Positions 41,141 through 55,330 of a stretch of 64,000 nt of DNA are shown piece by piece. Source of the DNA: Octopus vulgaris (taxonomy: Eukaryota). Each line of letters opens with the position of its first letter. The stretch's first letter is position 1. The DNA is taken from the NCBI GenBank assembly GCA_951406725.2, contig OX597828.1, forward strand, positions 55,552,001 to 55,616,000, given 5' to 3'. The notes beneath the pieces were generated by a model that saw only the letters and a list, made by a program, of their open reading frames with translations, was not told the origin of the DNA and did no database searches. The position numbers were made by a program, and so were the translations under genes.

Positions 41141-42614
41141 CTCTGAGTCTATATTGCTCTCTGTCTGTTTCTTGCTCTATAGGTTAACTAATTGTTTAAT
41201 TCTTTCATTTGCATCCATCCATCCATCCATCCATCCATCCATCCATTCTACCTTTCGTTCCATTTACAAGTGTTTATTACTGATTCATTTATCATGGTGT
41301 TGTTTATGGAACCAAAACTTCCGTTATAAAGGAGGAGAGATGCACAATATTCTATACCAACTCCACTCTACTAATGAATAGAGGAAAATAATGCTATGGT
41401 GATCTTACATATGGAGTAAGACGTTTTCGTTTTCAACGGGTTAACTGAAAGATCATCGGTAGGATCATATATCACGTACTTGATACATTGTCATATTGTC
41501 TTTTGCGTCAATAACTCCGATGCAATCCGATGATAATCTCCGCACCAAAACTGGCAGGCAGTAGAATGCCAGTAAGGTGTAGCTTTACAAATATGGTGTA
41601 GATTTGCTAGGTGAGATCCTATGTTAATGAGGCCTGCCATTTGAAGAATACACTCGTTTCTTGTCATGTAATATTTATGTTTAAACTGAGTTGTGATAGT
41701 GCTTTACTTATGTAAATATGATGGCGTCCTTTTGAAGGAGACAAGATTGGCATGGCTCCATTGGATGAGTTCTCGAGGTCGCTGTGCGTGGATTCAATGC
41801 AACTTGACATGTAGGGTTTGAGCTACATGCAGATACGCTTGGGTTTGAACGGTTAGTGAGAGTACTAAATTAGTTTCCATGCGTTAGCCTGTCCAATTTA
41901 TTCGTACTCATTGACGGACGCAGCATATTGTATTTGAAAGGGGTCTGTTTATGAAAACAAAGAAGTAAACACAAAATGGAATTGTAGGGACTGCCGAAAA
42001 TGAAAGCTAATGTTAAAAAAAATTGTAGCAAAATTTCGCTCACAAACTAATTTATCGCGTCATTTCAATTCAGAACAAAAGCGGAACAGAACAGATTAGT
42101 GCAGTATATAGTGATCAATTCTTTGGTTAGACACTTGACATATAAGTAATAAGACATGCAACTGATGAATAAAAGTAACCGCCATAAGTATAACGTTATT
42201 TAAGATTATAACTTTTTTATTATGTATTTTAATAATCTTTATATTTACTCTATGCTTTCATTAGTTCGGTCTCCGAGATTCATCTGGTATTTTATTTCCG
42301 TATATTTACATGGTCCCTGAGTAGAAACGAACAAGGAATCTGTATTTCTAAACGTATCTAATAACTAAATGTGTAGTACGCCTCTGAATATACCGCAGAC
42401 ACGTGTACTGTTAACATAAAATTCCGACAGAATCTGTGTTAGAGCGTATAGGAAAGCTGGTCTTTTGAATCAGGCTGTAGCGTATCTGGCGGATTTCCAT
42501 AAATGTTCCCATCCCTTAAATTCTCTCACAAGTCAACTGGAGGCTACTGTAAAAGGCATTGTTCAAAGGCAATGTTTTATGGAACCGAAACCGGAATATT
42601 ATGATTGTACAACT

Positions 42615-42838
42615 TTTAAAGGCTGTAGTCGAACGAACCGACCTCAGTGTTTATTATTTTTTTAAAGTTTGTTAATTACTGTATTGATTTATCATGCTGA
42701 ACCGCTAAGTTAGGGGGTGTAAATAAACCGACACCGGTCGTGAATCGGTGGGAGGGGACAGGACAAATAGAATCAAAAATAGACGCACACGCATATACGC
42801 ACACATACAGAATACATGTATACATGTGCATACACATG

Positions 42839-42906
<68 letters not shown>

Positions 42907-43100
42907 AGTCTGTCTGTCTTTCTATATGTATACAGACACATACTCACGACGAATTTCCACGTAATTTCCGTCTATTAAATTCACACAAAAATCTTTGGTC
43001 AGCTAGGAGCTGAAGCAGAAGACACTTGGTCAAGGTGCTGTGGAGTGGAACTGAACTCGAAACCACATGGCTGGAAATTGAACCTATAAGCCATTCAGCT
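42615..43100 (-). mobile_element. SINE of the 52811 family with internal (TCTA)n
   Basis: Tail (gaaccgctaagtta..aaaccgacaccgg) and head (gaagacacttggtcaaggtg..aaaccacatgg). Confidence 0.7.
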
Positions 43101-43911
43101 GTCTTAACTCTATGAAAAATTATTAATTGGTCTGATAGCATTCTAATGCGTAGTTCATATGGCTTATAATCATTTAGAAGCTAGTGTTGGCTGAGATATA
43201 TTTGCAGACACATCATCACAAGTGGGTCAGCTTGAAAGGTTTCAAATATTCTGTTTTTGTCACGAAATATTGATTTCTTCCGTTAGCACAGCACTACAGG
43301 GAATCATAAAAGGTGAATCAGATTGTTTGCTGATTCATGCTGCTTATTTTTTTTATTCTCTTTCCCAACATTGGTGGCGGTTATACATTTGTAGAGAGAA
43401 GTACTATAGGAAATTGAATCAAACACAAAATACTGCTGTTACTGGTTTTATACTCTGACAGTGAGGTGGTGAAACGAAAATTTGAGCCCAGTCAGATTTG
43501 AACCTAGAGCATAAAGGTATGTAATTTTTATAAGTGTTAGTCATGCACTATGGTCGACTAGATACATTATTACCCTCTTCGATGAACAGGGACATTGTAC
43601 TATAGAGAACAAATTTAATTAATTAAAATAAAAGTCAAGCACTAATTGTTAGCTTCTGTGGCTTGTAAACTCAGATGTTTACCATCTACGGTTAGTGAGT
43701 AGTCAATAATGGAAGGCTATCGGCCGGAAGGAAAATTCAATTCTGTCACACACATAATTAATAACAACATCACGGGAATTATTGAAATTTTACAAAGGTT
43801 GGTGAAAATGGAAACAGGACAAATTGTCATTCAATAAACAGATGAACATTTGGTATCCAGTGTTGTATCTCTTCCTGGCGTTTCCTTAACATCCTTAGAT
43901 CAGTCAGTTAG

Positions 43912-44005
<94 letters not shown>

Positions 44006-44637
44006 CCTGCATCTTTCTATTTGCCTAACAATTCCACAGCCTTACTACGCCCCTTTCTCATTAAGTCTTGGCCGCCATTTCTGAATAAATATTGGAGTTT
44101 GAATTAAAAATGCATGACAGCAAAGTTTAACGCAGTTTGAACATATTCGGTAACTATAGATGCAAAGAAAAAAAAAAAAGAAAAAAATTAATATTGCGAA
44201 AGATGTAAATCTATTTCCTTTGCAAATAATTAGTAATTTGGGTAAATAATAAATAAACACGTGAATATGCGTTATGTATGCAAGCATATTTGGGTAATTA
44301 TGATAGATATACGTTGAAGCCGCATTCCATCAACCTGTTCCTATATATATTTATATATATATATATATATATCTGTTTCGTGTTTTCTTCTCGCTCTGAT
44401 TATAAATATTGCAATATATTAATATGCAGAGAATAGGAGAAACGAAAGGGTGTAAAACTACTCAGCTACATGTAGTAAAGTTTATTTAATCTTCCGGAGC
44501 TGATGATTCATTCTATCACAGCTCCAAAACACGAGATTTTGTGTACCCGTTCAGGTAAGCATGAAATGTGTGTGTGTGGGTGCGTGCGTGCGTGCGTGTG
44601 GATGTGTGTGTACGTGTATGTGCGCGTGTGTACGCGG

Positions 44638-44708
<71 letters not shown>

Positions 44709-44711
44709 CAT

Positions 44712-44745
<34 letters not shown>

Positions 44746-45552
44746 CTATGTGAGTGTGTGTGTGTGGGTATGTATATATATCCAAACACTTGCACGCCAA
44801 AATATATATGAAGTGCATATATATATGCGTATATATACCTATTCATACATATATGTCTATACACACATATACATATGCATATGTAAGCACACCCACATAT
44901 ATATATATACATAGCAAAAGAGAAGATGGTATTCACGAGATGCTTTATTGATCTCAACGATCGTTTCGACCCATCTTTTCTTGCAGGTTAGATGCTTGAT
45001 AAGTCGTTGTAATGCATCGTTCCATATAGATGTGTCTCGTCAGGTGACTTATGAAAATGCCCTTCACTCAATAAACTCGGTATCGCTTACTTCGATTATA
45101 AGATGGATATGTACATATATGTTTATCATCACCACCACATGTCTACGTCATCATCCTCATGTTGTTATCATCATGATTTTAATAGATTCATGCATCTCTG
45201 TATTCAAGTGATGCGAAAAATGTTATCCCTTTTCTGTGTGGAGTTTGGGCGTGAAGTATGGTTTTGTAAGAAGCATTTCTTTTACATTGCGTTCCCTCTT
45301 TTACTCTGCTTTTACTGAAATGTTTTACCTGTAATAATAATATTGTACACCGTGAGTGGTGTCATGTGTTTAGTGACGAGAAGTGATTATGTGTTCTATA
45401 TAGTGAGTGGCTTGTTTATGTGACTGAGTGCGTTTGAATCAACATTTTCTTGCATTCCCAATAAACAACAGTATACAATCACAGGTGCTAGCAATGCTAA
45501 AACCCGGAACTACTGGAACTGGAAATTCATCCGGTTCCAATGGCATTAAAGT

Positions 45553-45876
45553 CAGGTGTGTCAAACTACAAAGTCTCAATAGACTGCATTGATCCCATAT
45601 ATGTTGCCATGGGGGTAGGTGCCCATAATTTCAAACACAGGTTAACAACAAAGATTTCTACATATCAATTCTTTATTATTTAGTAAAAATCTTTTAAAAC
45701 CTTTTATTTGCTCATCAATAATCCTAATTTTATTAATCAAATTATCATTAGTTATTTTTATTATTAAATTTTGTTGGTTTCCGCATTTTAAAACTTGTTG
45801 CCACGCTACTCGTCGGCCATACTTGTATTTGAAAAGGGCCACATACGCTCCTCAGACTGTGTGTTTGACATGTCTA
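45553..45876. mobile_element. hAT (Charlie-like) MITE
   Basis: TIRs caggtgtgtcaaac / gtttgacatgtcta; TSD not clear. Confidence 0.6.
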
Positions 45877-45894
45877 GTTTGAATGATTGAGATT

Positions 45895-46116
45895 ACAATG
45901 CTTTCCCACTAAACGAGACGCTGGTCCGTTACAGGGTCAACTTCTAGAGCTATGGCTGGATCTCCTTTGGAATTCCTTTATAGGGGAGCAGATTGGAGTA
46001 ACATGAAATGAAATGTTTTGTCCAAGAGCACAAGGCACTGCCCGGCCTGGGATTCAAAACGACTATCTATCGATCGCAAATGTAACATTGTAACCACTGG
46101 GGAACAAGCCTTCACA
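45895..46116 (-). mobile_element. Degenerate SINE (head type B)
   Basis: ttggagtaacatgaaatgaaatgttttgtccaagagcacaa..taaccact..gccttcaca. Confidence 0.65.
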
Positions 46117-47716
46117 AAATGTAACACGAACACATTAGAAAACGCTGATTCTGAATGTTTTTAATTTCCTTGCAAGTCATCGTGTAAAAAAAAAAAACGT
46201 CCCAAAATCAGAGTTTGGCAAGGATCATAAATCTGGTACGAATCTCGGACGAATGTTCTTGGATTTTCAATAAAAACACATGCACGATTGTCTGCAATCT
46301 TGTAGGAATGATAAAATTGGACGAAAGAAGTCTGATTGAGGTCAATTTAAGTAACAAAATATCATCTAAGCAATATGCCACTAATGGTATTTTTATCTGT
46401 CGACGATGAGAATCTTAGGCAAACACGTGCAAGAATAAGGCAACGCATTTATATTATGATGTGGAATGACATTTATGCAAAGAGAAGACTTGGTATTTGG
46501 ATGATGCCTCAAAGCATAACCATAAACACTCGCCCAAACCTCACGGAATATTTTGAAGCATATTCTGATCATCTGTTATTGAACCAAGTATTCTATGAAA
46601 TTGGTGCATCGTATTATTCTATAAAAAGCGTTAAATTATGAATTAGAGCTTATTAGAACTTAGTATTATCTGCTAGATACTTCGTTCAGAAACTTTCCTA
46701 ACCTGACCTTATAGAAAATACAAGAAATTATAAATTAATATAATTTCAGTTTATAAGGCTTCTTCAGTTTCGGATTTAAGAGATACTGCAGGGGACAAAG
46801 CCAGAATACTCTAAAGATTTAGTTGAACGGTTATTTGATTACAATACTACAATATTACAGGCAACAAAATAAACCTAACAACTACTAAGCAATTCGATAG
46901 TGTTCTTGGTTTATTATTTTCTGTTTTCTTTAAATATATATTATTTGCTTATTATTATTGGTTTCTGATCTTCAGCTACGAAATAGGTTACAGTGTTGAG
47001 CCTGATTTTTATTAGTGTACTCATATTTAAACAGCCTTGTGTGACATATGATTTGTTAGTGACGTGAGGTCCGTGCAATAATTTTAAGACGTTGTTAGAT
47101 ACGTGTGGCGTAAAATTTGCCAAAGGCATAACAAAGAGTTGATTCAGTTGAGCGCCGGTAAAATGCAGCATAGTTGTTTCGATACGTCCTTTTACGTTTT
47201 GCGTTCAAAACTCACCAAATACCAGTTTTCATATTTACTCTTAAATAATTAATAACATACAGTACCAGTGAAGTATTAGTGTCCGATCTTAATCGATTTT
47301 TACACCTCGTCAGAAATCTATGGCCTTGTGCCACGAGTCAGATGTCATTGTTTCTAGCAGTATATTTAGCTCTTTACAGTATAAAATGATATTTATTAGG
47401 TTCTGTTTGCTAATTCAAATATTGGCAGTAACATATTCCTGATTATTTACCATGAAGTAGCGCAAGGCTTGCCAAGATGTGTTTTGATATGTCATTACAG
47501 CAATTAATGCAAATGAAGTTGGTGAATGTAATTACATGCAGTCAACCTAACACTATATTTTAAATACTGTTCTCTCTTATTACTCCAAAGAATTCACGTA
47601 AATATACATATAAATACACGCACTTACACAGAAATGAGTATATATGGATACATATATATACATACATATATATATGTGTGTATATATATGCATATTGGTA
47701 TGTGTATATGTATGTA

Positions 47717-47756
<40 letters not shown>

Positions 47757-48381
47757 AAGGTATGTATTTTAGCTAACATGTCATCTATACTGTTCGTAAT
47801 ACGACACGTTGCTTGCAATAGAACATCCACAATAGACCCATTGTCATTCCATTTTCTCTTTATATTGCGTACCATAGTTATGTTTAATCTAAGATTTCAA
47901 ATTGTATTCTGTGTCTCTTGTATTATGTCTAGATTTCACAGACATCGCTGAAAGTACGCTGAAACGCATATTTATAATGTCGACGATGCACTTTCATAGA
48001 GAACTGTATGTTGACTTGACTCCAAACAACTTGTTCTCAATTTCTACGTACATGAAGTTGCCGTTCGAGATATACCCTTCATAAAACTATAATATTCAAT
48101 GGATAGCGCTACATTGCTGCTGATGACGATGGTTGGCGTGTCAACAGGCAGTTCCCGAATGTGCAATGGCATAAGTCTGGTGATTTTCTGAATGCCAAAG
48201 TTATACTCATCTTTTTACACTTCATATGTAAAAGCTTGTAAATTCTCTCCCGAAGAAGCGGCAATGATGCAATCGGTGCGTCAAGAATTCAATTTCGTTT
48301 TTCTCGTGGTGATGAGGTATTTAATCTCTGGAGGATGTGATTGAATATCTTACGAGTAGTGGATAAGATATCTATCTATCT

Positions 48382-49297
48382 GGGGAGGTGCGGCGACGTT
48401 CTCTGGCAGAATCTGGGCGTCGATGAGGAAAACCTGACCCGCCTGTTCAAGACAACTTTCGGGCCGGGACCTATGAACAATCACCAAAGGTCCGTGGTCT
48501 GGCAGTGCTATCGAGAAGCATTACCTGTTCGGGATAAGCTCTACAGGCACGGTTCGAGACACACCGGGCCGACTTGCCCGAGATGCAGTCAGAGCGACGA
48601 AACCTTTCTGCACGCACTCGTGCAGTGTCCAACTATTTGGGACCTGTGGACTTATGCTGAACGGCTGCTGTCACGTGTCTTGTCAGCCGAGACTATCGTG
48701 ATAATTGCTCCGCCATCTTCCCTCAACCGGGAAGGCAAGGCAGTTTTCATCGTACTGGTGGCCATGGTGAAAGAATGTGTGCGGTGGACTCGAGTGAAAG
48801 GATTAGAGACAAACACTTACTTCTCTGGCCAATCGCTCATCAACTTTTTCAAATACCACTTGAAAAGGAAGGTGAGAATGGAGAGGCAGGTTTTGTCTCG
48901 TGAAAGTTTCAAAAAAAGGGGGTGAATGTAGCAAAGATAGTGCGTGCGAGCGACGAAACTACTTTGAGCATGATCCTGTAAATCGAAAAGAGAGACAGAG
49001 AGAGAGGGAGAGCACTTTGCTCTCACGTGTTTATTCTCACCTTGCCTGAGGTTACCGTGGTCTTTTCCGTAGGCTTTTCTTTCCACGGATAAACCTAAAC
49101 TTGCTTCTTACATTAAAATGTTTTTTCTGTGATACACGATCCCTTTTGATCGCCCACCCCTTTTTCCCCGATGCTTTTGATCGTAATTTTACATTCTTTT
49201 TCTCTTTCTTCCCTTTTTCTTTTTCATTTCACAAAAGAAAAGCTTTACATTTGTATTTGTCCCATCTTTGTTCAGCTCTTTGTGGCCAATAAAGAAA
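48382..49297 (+). mobile_element. Tx1/L1-like LINE copy 3 (diverged subfamily), 5'-truncated
   Basis: CPRCSQSDETFLHALVQCP; flanks tatctatctatct and tatctatctgtctatct. Confidence 0.88.
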
Positions 49298-49445
49298 GTT
49301 ATCTATCTGTCTATCTTTTTAGGATATATACACATGATGTAGGTAGTAAGTATATATATATATATAATAATAATAATAATATTAGGTAGTAAATCCAAAG
49401 TTACAGAGAAAAATTAGATTTAGGATTAAATCCAATTTTATAGTA

Positions 49446-49657
49446 TAAATATATATTATATTAAATTAGAGATAAAACCACTATTAGGCAAATCAAACAG
49501 TGAAAATGATAAGCCAATACATAGAAAAAAATTAATTAAAAAAATATAAAATATAAATATAAAAAATATAAAATATAAAATTCCAAATTAAAATATTTAA
49601 ATTAAAGTTAAAATTTTAAAATTATTTAAATAATTTAAACTTATAAATTTTAAATAA

Positions 49658-49726
<69 letters not shown>

Positions 49727-50092
49727 TAATATTTTTTATATTTTTTTTGTAAATTATATAATTATCAAAAAGTATTAAAAGTTTAATATAAGATAAATAG
49801 TAAATAGTACATACTATTTATCTTATATTAAACTTTTAATACTTTTTGAGAGTTATATAATTTACAAAAAAAAAATATATATTTTTAAAATTTATAATTT
49901 TGAATTATTTAAACAATTTTAAAATTTTAACTTTAATTTAAATATTTTAATTTGGAAGTTTATATTTTATATTTTTTATATTTATATTTTATATTTTTTT
50001 AATTTATTTATTTCTATGTATTGGCTTATGATTTTCACTGTTTGATTTGCCTAATAGTGGTTTTATCTCTAATTTAATACAATATATATATC
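49446..50092. repeat. ~640-bp AT-rich near-perfect palindrome (foldback)
   Basis: attaaattagagataaaaccactattaggcaaatcaaacagtgaaaat and its reverse complement; centre near 49810. Confidence 0.9.
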
Positions 50093-50614
50093 TTTTTAAT
50101 TTATTTATAGGATTATAGGAAACGTTTGAAAATGCAAATAAAGCTACTATTCCCTTATGCCGACCACTTTCTAATGATGCTGACTGGAGAACCAGTTTTT
50201 CGGGGTTGCAACGAGCTGTACCGATATAATATAGGATAAATATAGTAATAATAGCAATAATCCTTGGACACGGAATTTATAAACATTTAATGCATCGCTA
50301 CACGCATTTCCACACACTACATGTCTCTTAAGATCACAGTCTCTATTCCTAGGATTATTACAGCGTAGTCCCTAGTATCCGTGAGTATTGGGTAGATCAT
50401 CATGCATTCATTTCTTCAGGCGGTATCGCATTAATGGGTTGTATAACAGGGGGATGTCTATCCTATTTTACAAGTATGAAAGTTAAGCATATCATACATA
50501 CACATACACACACATGCACATACAGATAGGGCTCAGTAGATAAACAGATATGTATTGCCTGGAAGAATGCATGTATGTATATTATATACATATGCACGTA
50601 TGTAAATATATGTA

Positions 50615-50765
50615 TAGGCACATTTGTGGCTGTTTTGTAAGAAATTTGCTTCTCAGTCACATGTCCCCGGGTTCAGTTGCACGGCGTGGCACCTTGGCCT
50701 CGGGCCGAACAAAGCCTTGAGTGTGATTTGGTAGACGGTAACTGAAAGAAGCCTTTCGTGTATCT
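50615..50765 (+). mobile_element. SINE head (52811 family)
   Basis: cgtggcaccttgg..cctcgggccgaacaaagcc..ggtagacggtaactgaaagaagcc. Confidence 0.7.
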
Positions 50766-51307
50766 ATCTATCATATTATAGAACATGTGGCCATGCTTTA
50801 TGAAACTCAAATTTCATGCTCAAAGCAGAGAGTTCAGCTATAACTAGAGCCAAAACGACTCCATCTATGTCGATGCTTAAAGGTTGTTGTGACTTTCATG
50901 CTTTTCTAAAGTGTATTCAAGGAATCAGTGAAATGGTGGCGATACGGAATTTTACCTAGGCCGTAAATGTAGTTAGTTTCGAAGAAGTATATCACATGAA
51001 TCGTCATCATCATCACCGTCGTCGTCGTTTTCGTCCTCGTCTTCATAATCATCATCATCATCATCATCGTCGTCGTCGTCATCATCATCACTTTGTAATG
51101 TCTCTCCGAAGCTTACTTAGGCTTCGTTTTTCTTTCATCTCTTTCAATGTATTTAAATGAAATAATGGCAATAACATGAAATTTTAAGCAATACATGTGT
51201 ACAAACATACATACATTCATATCTATCAATCTATCAACCTACCTATACGTATATACACTTACTCATGTATATGTATATATATGTGTGTGTGTGTGTGTGA
51301 GTATAAA

Positions 51308-51363
<56 letters not shown>

Positions 51364-51706
51364 CATATATGTGTGTGTGTGTACATACACACATACAACA
51401 TATGCATACACACGCACGCCTACACACTGACACGCGTATACTCGTATATACAAAATAATCTTTTAACTAATTCGAAACAGATGTTAATACAGCGAGTAAA
51501 TAATATGTAACTTCTTAAAAACATCTTTTCATAAACATAATTTCTTTCAGAGCAGGATGAAACAAAAACAGTTTACTATTTTCCAAAGACTGTTTGATCG
51601 GGAATATGTTTTACTATCTCTGCTAATATTGAAAAATCGATTTCCCAAAATATTGAGATTTGGCTTTTAATTTTGTGGTTCATTTAATCAATTTTTTTTA
51701 TAACTT

Positions 51707-51757
<51 letters not shown>

Positions 51758-52190
51758 GAACATATATATACATACACACACACACACATATATATATCAT
51801 AAATTACATTATTCTTTATATGAAATGATCGAATTACGTTCAACGAGAGTTAATTTCTTTGGTCTTGCTGTAGATTATTTACAGAATAAGATTGGTGCAG
51901 GTTGAAATTGGTAAAACATAATCTATCTATCTGTCTGTCTGTCTGTCTGTCTGTCTATCCGTCTGTATATCTGTCTGTCCGTCTGTCTGTCTGTCCGTCT
52001 GTCTGTCCGTCTATCTGTCTGTCTGTCCGTCTGTCTGTCTAGCTTTCTATCTACTTGCCTGTCTGTGTTTGTGCCTCAGAGCGTGTGTAAAACTGTGTCT
52101 GTTTCTCTCTGTCTCTGTTAGCCCCTCTCACTCATTCATACTCTCTCTCTCTCTGACTATCGGTGCTATTACACAGATTTGTATATATTA

Positions 52191-52229
<39 letters not shown>

Positions 52230-52810
52230 TATATTTTATACACACACTTATACAAGTGTGTGTCTACATAACAACACAGACACAAGCATAAAGATGCATA
52301 TATATATATATATATATGTAAATGCACACGCACATGCACACACAGACACACACACATAACACATACACACATACACACATACACACACTCGTGCATACGA
52401 CCCAGTGTCCAGTGAACGATAATCAAGAAGAGGAAAGAAATTATATAATATGCTGGTAGCGGCAATACCTCAATCTTTGGATGCATTCCCATTTGGCAGT
52501 ATTCAGATAATAATTATTTTATTTTCACGATATCATCTTATGTGAAGTTTCTGTTTGTGTGATTGTGTTCCTTTTTTTTTATTTTTTGCATGTGCTGTTT
52601 TTACTTGGTTTGTTTTATTTTTACTTTCAGTTCGTTTACGTCTACTGTTTGTTTGGCTTATGTTTGTACGAGATTTCGTTTTTGTAGTTGATTCATTTTA
52701 AAGTTATTGCTCGTATTCCATTGACAGATAAAAGTCAGTTGGTTCAAATCACGCTTAATCAAGTCTGCATCGTTATTTATCTCGTTATTTAAAAAAAAAA
52801 ATTATTTCCG

Positions 52811-52968
52811 ATGGAGTGGCAGTGTGGTAAGTAGCTTTCTTAGCAACCACATCGTTCCGGGTTCATTCCGACTGCGTGGCACCTTGGGCAAGTGTCTTCT
52901 ACTATAACCTCGGGCCGACCAAAGCCCTGTGAGTGGATTTGGTAGACGGAAACTGAAAGACGCCCGTC

Positions 52969-53008
<40 letters not shown>

Positions 53009-53240
53009 GTGTGTGTGTATGTGTGTATGTTTGTGTGTCTGTGTTTGTCCCCCCAACATCGCTTGACAACCGATGCTGGTGCGTTTGCGTCCCCGTAACT
53101 TAGCGGTTCGGCAAAAGAGAGCGATAGAATAAGTACTAGGCTTACAAAGAATAAGTGCTGGGGTTGATTTGCTAGACTAAAGGCAGTGCTCCAGCATGGC
53201 GGCAGTCAAAATAACTGAAACATGTAAAAGAGTAAAAGAG
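52811..53240 (+). mobile_element. Full-length tRNA-derived SINE with internal (TA)n(TG)n (resembles octopus OK-type SINE)
   Basis: A/B-box head, caccttgggcaagtgtctt CORE-like motif, internal microsatellite, gtaaaaga-repeat tail; many copies in the window. Confidence 0.85.
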
Positions 53241-53487
53241 ATGTAGTTTGTTTTTTTAAATCCATTGTGGCTTTATTTTATTGTTGGTGATTAAGAAGAC
53301 GCTTAATTTGTAATGGTGGTGATTGTATTGCCTTTTGTGTTGATGGTGGTAGTGTTGGTGTTGATGTAAGAGAGTGGTGAAGAGTAAGATTGATAGATTG
53401 ACAGACCTGCAGACAGATAGATAGACTGATAGATAGGCAGACAGACAGACAGACAAATAGATAAACAGACAGACCGACAGATTGATT

Positions 53488-53533
<46 letters not shown>

Positions 53534-53588
53534 CAGAGACAGATAGACAGACAGACAGATAGATAGATAGGTATATAGATAGATAGAT

Positions 53589-53625
<37 letters not shown>

Positions 53626-53788
53626 TTAAATGTGACCTAAAAAAACTATCACATAACTCTGAAAGACACACACTCCGTGTTTTAACGGATCATACTCAAC
53701 CAAATGCACTCACACAAAGGCACACGCTTACATACACACACGTATTTATGTCTGTCTGTCTGTTTCTATCCGTCTGTCTACCTTTCTT

Positions 53789-53917
<129 letters not shown>

Positions 53918-53929
53918 AGTCTATCTATT

Positions 53930-54239
53930 TGGCACGTATGAATGACGAAGCCACCTTGAGTATGATCCTGTGAACCCGGGAAAATTTAAAACTGAGAGTT
54001 ACTTACTTGCAAATAAATGTGTTAACATGTGACACTATTGAGCGAGGTATTTGTTTCCCCCTTTACACTTTATATCATGACATTTCCATGCTACAAGATC
54101 TCTATTGATCGTTTTTTTCTTTCCTTTTTAAGATCCCTTTTGATCGAAAATCTACCCCCTTTATTTTTCTCCCACAAAAGAAAAGCTCTACCTTGTAATT
54201 TGTCCCCTCTGTGTTCAGCCCTGTGTGGCTAATAAAGAA

Positions 54240-54240
<1 letters not shown>
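53930..54240 (+). mobile_element. Tx1/L1-like LINE copy 4, 3' end only
   Basis: [13 protein letters not shown] plus 3' UTR ending AATAAAGAAA; (TCTA)n on the 5' side, (TA)n on the 3' side. Confidence 0.88.
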
Positions 54241-54280
<40 letters not shown>

Positions 54281-54824
54281 AATTTAGATGGACATTGGAC
54301 AGAATGACGCTTAACCGAGAAGCACAGAGATTCAGTTACGTAAACATACGACCTCTGGACACACATAGTGTTTTATATTGGAACTGTCTGTCTCTCCAGT
54401 CCACGATATTGGCAGCACTGCATTAACCTAGGATATTGCAGACAAGCTGGCCTTTACTTAGTTTCTGTGATATATTATGCAAAACAGTGGAATCTAATCA
54501 CGCAATTTTTTCTTGTGTCACAAAACAATGCGTGCTTGAAAGATTACTCTGCCAGGTTAAGAAACGCAAAAAGGTGCCAAATTTATATATTTGATCTTCG
54601 TACCAGTAAATATACATCTAGACAGACATATGATATCTTGATCAATACAACTTATAGAATTCTCTGTCCAATGATTTATAACAGCCTTGGGAAAGATTAT
54701 GCTTAACCGATGAAATGACACAGAATAGAAATATATCCGTTTTAGTTTCGATACCTTCTTACAGAGGTCAGTGTTTCGTACTAAGCATGAAAATTCAATA
54801 TTATCTTTGACATTTTACCAATTA

Positions 54825-54958
54825 CGTATTTCAGCCATTAGACTGTCGCCATACTGGGGCATCGCCTTGAAATATTTAATTCAACAAATCGTCCCAGGCA
54901 GTTATTTTTAAGAAAAGAAGTCCCGTACTTTTTCTATCGTTTTCTGTTGCCGAGCCAA
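54825..54958 (-). mobile_element. SINE tail fragment (52811 family)
   Basis: tttcagccattagactgtcgccatactggggcatcgccttgaa. Confidence 0.6.
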
Positions 54959-54961
54959 ATG

Positions 54962-55330
54962 CTTTTATCAACTACTTCGTCGATATTCGCTTCTGATGAG
55001 ATGGTACATCTAGAGTAATGAACTGCTGTATCGACTTCAGTTCTGTTTTGGCAGTGGTGATGTGGGTGGGGGTTGTACTTCTACATGAGGAGCTGGTTAA
55101 AGTAGGACTTCAGTCGTTTTCTAGCTTACTTCCAGCCCAAAGAGCTGGGTGGCCACTGCAAAACAGGATGTGATACGCTGCAAGGCTCTTTCTATGTGTA
55201 CACGTGCGGTATCATCTGCAAAGAGGAGGTCCTGGATCAGTTGCTCTTGGGTCTTGGTGTGGGGCTGTAGACACCGGAGGTTGAAAAGACTGCCATCCAG
55301 TTGTTACGTGATGTAAACGTCGTCTTCAGT
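54962..55330 (-). mobile_element. RTE-clade LINE reverse transcriptase fragment
   Basis: rc encodes DGSLFNLRCLQPHTKTQEQLIQDLLFADDTA..LFGLEVS*KTTEV. Confidence 0.85.

Noticed and set aside
45322-45345. Minus-strand ttattacAG|GTAAAA recursive-site-like motif
   Set aside because: A-interrupted tract and weak donor; much poorer than the 33100 site.
54993-55015. CTGATGA-GATG-gta-CATC hammerhead-like start
   Set aside because: No GAAA follows; it is the antisense strand of RTE coding sequence.
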